In this document: one piece after another, positions 25,757 through 32,000 of the stretch
Position numbering within the stretch: the first letter of the stretch is position 1
Layout: the number at the start of each line of letters is the position of its first letter
DNA from: Gammaproteobacteria bacterium
Lineage (GTDB): Bacteria > Pseudomonadota > Gammaproteobacteria > Pseudomonadales > Halieaceae
Length of the DNA: 32,000 bases
Direction of reading: 5' to 3'
Assembly: GCA_030433415.1 (NCBI GenBank)
Contig: JAUIMF010000011.1
Location: 1-32,000, forward strand
Made by a program: the position numbers and the translations under genes
Notes under the pieces: model-generated
Databases searched by the model: none
Told to the model about the DNA's origin: nothing
What the model saw: only the letters and a program-made list of their open reading frames with translations

Positions 25757-27079
25757 TCAGGGCTGAGCGTCACTCGCCCGTTGCGCCAGCTGCTCGCCCG
25801 CGCGTCGACTGACAAGATAGAAAAGGGCACCTGAGACGACGATGCCCAGGCTGATCGTCGCTTCGACAGGCCGCTGGAGCACGATGTAGAGCAGGGTCCA
25901 TCCCGTGATGCCGAGAAATACGAGGGGCGTCACGGGGTAGAGCCAGGTTTTGAAGGGGCGCTCCAGATCAGGTCGGCGCCAACGGAGAACGAATACCCCA
26001 AGCACGGTAAAAAACGTGTTGAGCGCCATGGTCGCTCCCGAGAACACGAGTATCCGATCGAAGGACGCGGTCCACAAAAACGCCAGAGCGACCGCCGCCT
26101 GCACGATCACCGCAGTCGCCGGTATACCGTCGTTGTTGACGCGGCCGAGGAGCCGAAAGAGCGGAAAGTCCTCACCGATACGGTGAAGGACGCGCGGCCC
26201 GGCAAGAATCATCGCGCTTACCGTCGAGACCAGAAGCAGGGCAAGTAAAACGCCCATGATGGTCGCCCCCGCCTCGCCGAAGGCGTAAGAGGCTGCGACA
26301 TAGCCGACCTCGACCTTCCCGACCATCGCGTCCATCGGTGCAACGGCGAGGAATACGTAGTTAAGCAGCAGGTACGACAGTCCAACGACCGAGGTGCTGG
26401 CAATGAGGACTACCGGTAGCGACTTCTGCGGCTCATCGAGTTCCCCGCTGATATAGGTGGCGGCGTTCCACCCCGAGTAGGCGTAGTTCACGTAAATGAG
26501 CGACACGGCGAAGGCACCGGACAGTAGAAGGGCGCCATCGCCAGCGGCGGGCAGTAGCTGTGCGGGCTCGGGATTGTCGTTAAAAATCAGCGCCAGGGTC
26601 GCAAAGCCGATGATCAGGATGATCTTGAGCACGGTGAAAAGGTATTGGGTACTGCCCGAGCTTTTGTGGCTGCGGCTGTGGGCGAGGGCCAACACGATGA
26701 TCAGGCCGGTCGCCAGCCAGATGGCAGATAGCTGCGGGAAGACCGCCGACAGATAGCTGCCGAAAGTCATCGCCGCCAACGCCGTAGGCGCTGCGAATCC
26801 AACCGTCGCCGACACCCAGCCCGAAATAAAACCGGCAATTGGATGGTAAATCTCGCTGAGAAAATTATATTCGCCGCCAGAGCGGGGCAGGGCCGCGCCG
26901 AGTTCAGCGTAGGACAACGCACCGCAAAGCGCGGCGAGCCCACCCACGGCCCACAGTGCCAGCAGCACTGGCACCGACTGAATCTCGACCAACTGAAAAC
27001 CCAGGCTGGTGAACACCCCGGTACCAATCATATTGGCGATAACGATCGCCGCGGCAACGGAGGGGCGAAACCGCGTCAC
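25757..27079 (-). CDS. APC-superfamily amino acid permease
   Basis: The 440-aa protein has ~12 hydrophobic segments. The N-terminal motif is AIVIANMIGTGVFTSLGFQ, followed by LSYAELGAALPRSGGEYNFLSE, which is characteristic of APC transporters. Confidence 0.8.
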   Translation of the reverse strand: MTRFRPSVAAAIVIANMIGTGVFTSLGFQLVEIQSVPVLLALWAVGGLAALCGALSYAELGAALPRSGGEYNFLSEIYHPIAGFISGWVSATVGFAAPTALAAMTFGSYLSAVFPQLSAIWLATGLIIVLALAHSRSHKSSGSTQYLFTVLKIILIIGFATLALIFNDNPEPAQLLPAAGDGALLLSGAFAVSLIYVNYAYSGWNAATYISGELDEPQKSLPVVLIASTSVVGLSYLLLNYVFLAVAPMDAMVGKVEVGYVAASYAFGEAGATIMGVLLALLLVSTVSAMILAGPRVLHRIGEDFPLFRLLGRVNNDGIPATAVIVQAAVALAFLWTASFDRILVFSGATMALNTFFTVLGVFVLRWRRPDLERPFKTWLYPVTPLVFLGITGWTLLYIVLQRPVEATISLGIVVSGALFYLVSRRAGEQLAQRASDAQP

Positions 27080-27086
27080 GAGCCGG

Positions 27087-28103
27087 TCACAGCACGGTGC
27101 CTATCGCCAGGGCGCCCAAAAACAGCGGTGTAAATCGGCGGGTGTGGGCGAAGGCGTTGGGAGCAAACCACAGGGGCCAGAGGTTTTCGGGAAACTCCTG
27201 GGGTCGCTGCGTGGGCTTGGTCCGCGAGAAGTTGCGGAGCTGGCGTACGAGAAACGGGGTGGCGAGAAACACCAGCAGCAGAATCCAGTGCTCGCGACCC
27301 GTCACTACCAGCAGTACGCAACCGAGGTACTGCGTAATTAGCATCGCCTGCACACAACGCCGCGCGAGAGACTCGCCCAGCAGCACGGGCAGCGTGCGAA
27401 CTCCCTTGGCCGCATCAAACTCCAGCTTGTCGATATGTTTGCCAAACAGCACCGCCGTCGGACCGAGGGCGTAGAGCAGCCCCAGCCAGATAACGTCCTC
27501 GTTCCAGGTACCACTGACCACGTAGCAGGTGCCGCCAACCATCAAGGGGCCCCAGACCAGCAGAACGGCGGGTTCGCCAAGGCCGAGGTACTTGAGGGGC
27601 CATGTGTAAAACAGAACGAAAAACGCGCCGGCGAGCATCAGTGCGGCAGTCATACCGCCCCTGAGGCCGATCAGCCAGGCGCCGACTAGGATGGCCGCGA
27701 GCCCCGTGAGCACGATGTAGCGCATAAGCTGGGATGACGTGAGCAGCCCGTCCTCAAGCACGTGCACGCCGTACTGATTGCGGGAGTAATTGTCTTTGTC
27801 GATGCCACGACGGGAATCGGTGTAATCGTTGAGCAGATTGTTGGTCGCATGGGCAAGCATCAGACCCGCCAGACAGAGACCAAAGGCAAGGGGGTCGAAG
27901 GGAGCAAAACGGGCTGCCAGCAGGCCACCGAGCACGGCGGACATCACGGTCATGAGCAACACCGAAAATCGACTGGCGATCAGCCAGCGCGACATGGTGC
28001 CCAACTCTTCCCATTCCCCCTCGGCGAGTGAGGGAACCGTGACCAAAGCCTCTAACCAGCGCCGTTTGATGGTTCTACTTCCTTGTGCTGATGCATTCGA
28101 CAA
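27087..28103 (-). CDS. UbiA-family prenyltransferase (MenA-like)
   Basis: It is a polytopic membrane protein with the first Asp-rich motif NNLLNDYTDSRRGID and a second region GKHIDKLEFDAAKGVRTLPV. The true start may be the internal ATG at 27995 (MSRWLIAS...), giving ~302 aa. Confidence 0.75.
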   Translation of the reverse strand: MSNASAQGSRTIKRRWLEALVTVPSLAEGEWEELGTMSRWLIASRFSVLLMTVMSAVLGGLLAARFAPFDPLAFGLCLAGLMLAHATNNLLNDYTDSRRGIDKDNYSRNQYGVHVLEDGLLTSSQLMRYIVLTGLAAILVGAWLIGLRGGMTAALMLAGAFFVLFYTWPLKYLGLGEPAVLLVWGPLMVGGTCYVVSGTWNEDVIWLGLLYALGPTAVLFGKHIDKLEFDAAKGVRTLPVLLGESLARRCVQAMLITQYLGCVLLVVTGREHWILLLVFLATPFLVRQLRNFSRTKPTQRPQEFPENLWPLWFAPNAFAHTRRFTPLFLGALAIGTVL

Positions 28104-28220
28104 GAGGCAAAGTGTAGCGCGTTCACGCCGCGAAAACTGCGGTTTTGGGCCGCGAAATAGCCCCGGATGGGCAACAACACAAGGCTTGTTTGAGGCGGAC
28201 GCTGCGCACGAAAAATACGC

Positions 28221-28249
28221 TTGAAAGGCCCGTGCGAGGTGTATAGAAT
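28221..28249 (+). promoter_or_regulatory. Sigma70-type promoter for tRNA-Ala
   Basis: TTGAAA (28221-26), a 17-nt spacer and TAGAAT (28244-49) are followed by a GC-rich discriminator (tcgcgctcc). The tRNA 5' end lies 15 nt after the -10. Confidence 0.6.
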
Positions 28250-28264
28250 TCGCGCTCCTTCTTT

Positions 28265-28340
28265 GGGGCCATAGCTCAGCTGGGAGAGCGCAACACTGGC
28301 AGTGTTGAGGTCGGCGGTTCGATCCCGCCTGGCTCCACCA
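28265..28340 (+). tRNA. tRNA-Ala (anticodon GGC), CCA encoded
   Basis: I hand-folded a 76-nt cloverleaf. The acceptor stem is GGGGCCA/TGGCTCC with the G3:U70 alanine identity pair. The D arm is GCTC-AGCTGGGA-GAGC. The anticodon arm is CAACA-CTGGCAG-TGTTG (anticodon GGC). The T arm is GGCGG-TTCGATC-CCGCC, and the molecule ends in ACCA. Confidence 0.95.
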
Positions 28341-28402
28341 ATTTTCCCTCCAAATTTTAGTGATTTGCGCAGGCTGCGGGTCTGACTAGCCTCTGTCGGG
28401 TA

Positions 28403-28439
28403 AATGTCGGGGAGCTTGCGTAACCGACATTGGTAGAAT
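28403..28439 (+). promoter_or_regulatory. Putative extended -10 promoter and inverted-repeat operator upstream of the XRE regulator gene
   Basis: The inverted repeat AATGTCGG (28403-10) / CCGACATT (28424-31) has a 13-nt spacer and is followed directly by TGgTAGAAT (28431-39), an extended -10. The start codon is 39 nt downstream. A partial third copy, TGTCGG, lies at 28394-99. Confidence 0.4.
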
Positions 28440-28477
28440 CACTGGATACTCTCGGTTCGTAAGTGCTGGGGGAGACT

Positions 28478-28942
28478 ATGATTCTCAAACAATTGCGAAT
28501 AGGCCGCCATCTCTCGCAGGAGCAGTTGGCGCAAATGTCTGGCCTAAATGTCAGGACAATTCAGCGGATTGAGAGCGGACAAAACGCCAGTTTGGAATCG
28601 TTAAAATGCCTCGCGTCGGCGCTCGAAGTTGATATTGAGACTTTGAATCAAGAGAACTTCGCGATGAACACGAATACGGTGGGTTGGCAGAATCTTCCGT
28701 TTTGGCTGAAATGCTGGTTTTTTCTGAATTTCCTGAGCGTGCGTACGCGACGAAGTGTTGCGAGACGAATTTATGTCTTATCGCATGTATGCGGATTCAC
28801 GTTCTGTGCGCTGGGCTTGGTTTACGAAGCATCGCTCGTCGGTGGACTAATTCTGCTCGCAAATGCGTACCTATTTGCGCTGTTGATTTCGCAGGGAGAT
28901 AAGTACGGCATCTGGTACGACCCCGTAGAAACAACAATGTGA
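28478..28942 (+). CDS. Membrane-anchored XRE-family (HTH_3) transcriptional regulator
   Basis: The N-terminus LKQLRIGRHLSQEQLAQMSGLNVRTIQRIESGQNASLESLKCLASALEV is a canonical Cro/C1 HTH. The C-terminal half has two hydrophobic helices (LPFWLKCWFFLNFL and FCALGLVYEASLVGGLILLANAYLFALLI). The ATG at 28478 is preceded by GGGGGAG. The ORF track starts at a GTG at 28463. Confidence 0.75.
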   Translation: MILKQLRIGRHLSQEQLAQMSGLNVRTIQRIESGQNASLESLKCLASALEVDIETLNQENFAMNTNTVGWQNLPFWLKCWFFLNFLSVRTRRSVARRIYVLSHVCGFTFCALGLVYEASLVGGLILLANAYLFALLISQGDKYGIWYDPVETTM

Positions 28943-29175
28943 GAGTCGTTTTCTTCGGTCTGTCACCCTCTACAGTTAGCCAATGGCTATAGGCAGCAGA
29001 ATACCGGTCTTTGAGAGAGGCTATTCGCGTAGGACATTCGCTGTCGAGTGATATCCAGTCGTGGCCGAAAGACGGCTCTCCGAACTGCTCCAACGGATGA
29101 CCACACTATCCCTTAATTCGGTTCCAGATTGGTCTAAGCTGTGTAGTACCTAGCGACAATATTTCGGTAGCGCTT

Positions 29176-29913
29176 ATGAGCAGGATTCCTTTGGGCGCCG
29201 GCCGTGACCAGTCGTTCAGCCTTCGCGGGAAGGGCATCACCAAAATTTACAAGACGGGATCGGTGACCATCGAGGCCCTGAGAGGAGTGGACTTCGAACT
29301 CGGGCCTGGCGAACTCGTCGTACTGCTTGGCCCCTCGGGGAGCGGCAAGTCAACGCTGCTGAATATTCTGGGTGGGCTGGACACGCCGACCGACGGCCAG
29401 CTTATTTTTGAAGACCACCTGCTCACGGATGCGAAGGAAAGCGAGCTCACGCTGTTCCGTCGTCAGCACGTGGGCTTCGTCTTTCAGTTCTACAACCTCA
29501 TACCAAGCCTCACCGCGCGGGAAAACGTGGCCCTCGTGACCGAGATCGCAACTCAGCCGATGACGCCGGAGGAGGCGCTCACAATCGTGGGTCTCGACTC
29601 GCGTATGGATCATTTTCCGGCCCAGCTGTCGGGCGGTGAGCAGCAGCGAGTGGCGATTGCCAGGGCAATCGCGAAGCGGCCGGAGTTGCTGCTCTGTGAC
29701 GAACCGACCGGCGCGCTTGATAGCAGAACGGGCATTCTCGTGCTCGAAGCCATCGAACGCGTGAATCGTGAGCTTGGCACCGCCACCGCGATCATCACGC
29801 ACAATTCCGGCGTAGCGGCCATGGCCGACCGTGTGGTCAGCATCGGTGATGGCCGCATTACCGATGTTGTGGTGAACGAATCGCGGATGCCGGCGCGGGA
29901 ACTGTCGTGGTAG
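29176..29913 (+). CDS. ABC transporter ATP-binding protein (MacB/LolD-like)
   Basis: Walker A is [12 protein letters not shown], the signature is [14 protein letters not shown], Walker B is [12 protein letters not shown] and the H-loop is ITHN. Confidence 0.9.
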   Translation: MSRIPLGAGRDQSFSLRGKGITKIYKTGSVTIEALRGVDFELGPGELVVLLGPSGSGKSTLLNILGGLDTPTDGQLIFEDHLLTDAKESELTLFRRQHVGFVFQFYNLIPSLTARENVALVTEIATQPMTPEEALTIVGLDSRMDHFPAQLSGGEQQRVAIARAIAKRPELLLCDEPTGALDSRTGILVLEAIERVNRELGTATAIITHNSGVAAMADRVVSIGDGRITDVVVNESRMPARELSW

Positions 29914-29917
29914 TCCG

Positions 29918-32000
29918 TTGCGCGCACTGAACCGCAGGCTCAGCCGGGAGCTCTGGCGTCTGCGCGGCCAGGTATTGGCCGTAGCGCTCGTGATCGGCTC
30001 CGGGGTCGCGGTTCTCGTGATGGCGCTCTCAACGTTCGAAGCCCTGAGTGAAACGTCGGAGGCTTACTACGAGCGCTACCAATTCGCCGATGTGTTCGCT
30101 GGCGCGAAGCGAGTTCCGATCAGCGTTGCCCGGCGCATAGCAGCGATATCCGGTGTGCAATTGGTGCAAACGCGCATCGCCCGCTACGCCACCCTGGATG
30201 TCCAGGGCTTCGCTGAACCCGTCATCGGTCGTCTGACTTCGATCCCCGAGACCGGTCAACCCGTACTCAATCAACTCGCGCTCCGAAGCGGGCGCTGGAT
30301 TCAGCCCGGCCGTCATGACGAGACAATCATCAGCGAACCGTTCGCCGAAGCGCACGCGCTCGAAGCTGGCGATACCTTCACGGCAATCGTAAATGGTCGC
30401 AAACGCAGGCTCACCGTGGTGGGTACCGCGCTGTCCCCTGAGTTCATCTACGCGCTTGGCCCGGGTGCGCTGCTGCCGGATGACAAGCGTTTCGGCATCG
30501 TATGGATGGGGCGCGAGGCACTCGAGGCCGCATATGACCTCGATAACTCGTTCAATGACCTTGCCGTGACCCTGCTGAGGGACGTGGCACCCGAGCCGGT
30601 TATCTCCGAAATCGACACACTGCTCGAGCCGTATGGTGGGGTCAGCGCCATACCGCGTGCTGATCAGTTGTCCAACTGGTTCGTGCGCAATGAATTGAGC
30701 CAGCAGCAAAGCATGTCCACGATCCTGCCGACCATCTTTCTCGGCGTGGCTGCCTTCCTGTGCTACACCGTGCTCTCACGGCTGATCACGACGGAGCGCA
30801 GCGAAATTGGTCTACTCAAGGCGTTTGGGTACAGCGACCTGGTCGTCGGCTGGTATTACGCGAAGTTGGTAATCGCAATCTCGCTTATCGGCGCTGCGAT
30901 CGGCTGGATACTGGGCGGTTATTTCGGTCGTCTGAATACCCAGATGTATGCCGACACCTTCCGATTCCCGCTGCTCATCTATCGGCCGAGCGCGGAAGCG
31001 TTTCTGATCGCAGGCTCAGTGAGCCTGATAGCCACGTTGTCTGGAGCGCTCGTTGCCGTGCGTCGCGTCGTCAAGCTGCCCCCGGCTGAAGCGATGCGTC
31101 CACCCGCACCACCGACCTATCGACACGGCGTGCTGGCGCGCCCCGGTCTGCGCGACTGGCTGGACCAGCCAACACGGATTGCGCTGCGCCAGATCGGGCG
31201 CTGGCCCCTTCGCGCCGCGGTCACGACCATAGGCATCGCCGCCTCTGTAGGTCTGCTGATCATGGCTTTGCAGTGGGAGGATGCCATTGACTACATCGCC
31301 GACAAGTACTTTTTCGAGTCTCAGCATCAGACCCTGTCTATCGGGCTTACCGAGCCCCAGTCACTTGCCGCCGTGCGCGAGATGAAGCACCTGCCCGGAG
31401 TGATGGCCGCGGAACCATGGCGTGCTGTTCCGGCAGACCTCTCCGCCGGCACGCGACGGCACCGGGGTGGAGTCATTGGACTGGCGAGAAGCAATCGCCT
31501 GCAGCCGATTTACGACGACGCGACGGATACCAGAATTGCCGTACCAGAAGGGGGAATCGTTCTCAGCCGCTATCTCGCAGAGAAACTCGGCGTAGGCGTA
31601 TCGGACTACGTCAGGGTGCACGTATTGGAGGGGCGACGGCCCGAGGGAGAGTTGCGCGTTGTTGCGGTGTTCGAAACGACCATCGCTATGCCAGCCTATA
31701 TGGACCTGGATGCGCTGAATCGCTGGCTGGGTGAGCGGCCGGTAGCACAATACGTCAATGTTCTGGTCGACGCTTCACAGCAAGCCGCGCTGTTCTCCAG
31801 GCTTAAACAAACGCCGCGGGTCAGCGCGATTATGGTCCGCGAGGGCGCGCTGGAGGCGTTTCACGACACCGTAGGACACAACATTCTGATCTTCATCGGC
31901 ATCTTCACGGGCTTTGCCATGGCGCTGGCCTTCGGCGTCACCTACAACTCAGCGCGCATAGCACTCTCGGAGCGTGGCCGTGAACTCGCCACGTTGCGTG
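29918..32000 (+). CDS. FtsX-family ABC transporter permease (large two-FtsX-domain type), with the 3' end beyond the window
   Basis: This ORF is absent from the ORF track because frame 2 has no stop before base 32000. From TTG at 29918 it reads [27 protein letters not shown], a typical permease N-terminus. Later it reads ...[22 protein letters not shown] (30770-30840), and at the window end ...[11 protein letters not shown]. Both are FtsX-domain loop signatures and are in the same frame. Confidence 0.8.
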   Translation, partial: MRALNRRLSRELWRLRGQVLAVALVIGSGVAVLVMALSTFEALSETSEAYYERYQFADVFAGAKRVPISVARRIAAISGVQLVQTRIARYATLDVQGFAEPVIGRLTSIPETGQPVLNQLALRSGRWIQPGRHDETIISEPFAEAHALEAGDTFTAIVNGRKRRLTVVGTALSPEFIYALGPGALLPDDKRFGIVWMGREALEAAYDLDNSFNDLAVTLLRDVAPEPVISEIDTLLEPYGGVSAIPRADQLSNWFVRNELSQQQSMSTILPTIFLGVAAFLCYTVLSRLITTERSEIGLLKAFGYSDLVVGWYYAKLVIAISLIGAAIGWILGGYFGRLNTQMYADTFRFPLLIYRPSAEAFLIAGSVSLIATLSGALVAVRRVVKLPPAEAMRPPAPPTYRHGVLARPGLRDWLDQPTRIALRQIGRWPLRAAVTTIGIAASVGLLIMALQWEDAIDYIADKYFFESQHQTLSIGLTEPQSLAAVREMKHLPGVMAAEPWRAVPADLSAGTRRHRGGVIGLARSNRLQPIYDDATDTRIAVPEGGIVLSRYLAEKLGVGVSDYVRVHVLEGRRPEGELRVVAVFETTIAMPAYMDLDALNRWLGERPVAQYVNVLVDASQQAALFSRLKQTPRVSAIMVREGALEAFHDTVGHNILIFIGIFTGFAMALAFGVTYNSARIALSERGRELATLR

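Noticed and set aside
28265-28340. tRNA-Ala as the attachment site of the P4-like integrase
   Set aside because: It is 11 kb from int with housekeeping-type genes (AsmA, permease, UbiA) in between. I found no copy of the tRNA 3' end in 17090-17200.
30029-30709. 226-aa minus-strand ORF
   Set aside because: It is antisense to the FtsX-type permease ORF. That ORF is missing from the supplied track only because it has no stop codon before the window end, and the plus-strand frame carries clear FtsX signatures.

Overview
The window has three parts. (1) Positions 1-12359 (+ strand) hold a tightly packed, translationally coupled seven-gene defence operon. Its genes are a SIR2-like protein (5' end cut by the window edge), a HerA/DUF87-type ATPase, a 920-aa N6/N4-type DNA methyltransferase with a zinc ribbon, an AlbA_2/Schlafen-like protein with a C-terminal wHTH, an SNF2 helicase, a PglZ phosphatase-superfamily protein, and a ~240-aa protein that may be BrxA-like. 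The methyltransferase, SNF2, PglZ and small-protein part resembles the 3' half of a type 3 BREX locus. No BrxC/PglY-like ATPase is visible, and a SIR2-HerA pair sits where one would be expected. This is the main candidate for something new, but the upstream sequence is missing. (2) Positions 12394-17100 look like the end of an integrative conjugative or mobilisable element. They encode a DUF3742-like membrane protein, a PrlF-YhaV toxin-antitoxin pair, a MobH/HD-domain TraI-type relaxase and a P4-like tyrosine integrase. Three perfect GTACCCCCAA direct repeats lie upstream of int, followed by an AT-rich junction. (3) Positions 17171-32000 look like GC-rich (~63%) chromosome. They contain a small ORF with an in-frame stop at codon 5, a 1179-aa secreted acidic low-complexity protein coupled to a 376-aa periplasmic protein, an AsmA-family protein, an APC permease and a UbiA-family prenyltransferase. 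They also contain tRNA-Ala(GGC) with a near-consensus promoter, a low-GC islet encoding a membrane-anchored XRE regulator, and an ABC ATPase with an FtsX-type permease that runs off the window. No CRISPR array, rRNA or transposase was seen. All family assignments come from motif recognition by eye, not from searches.
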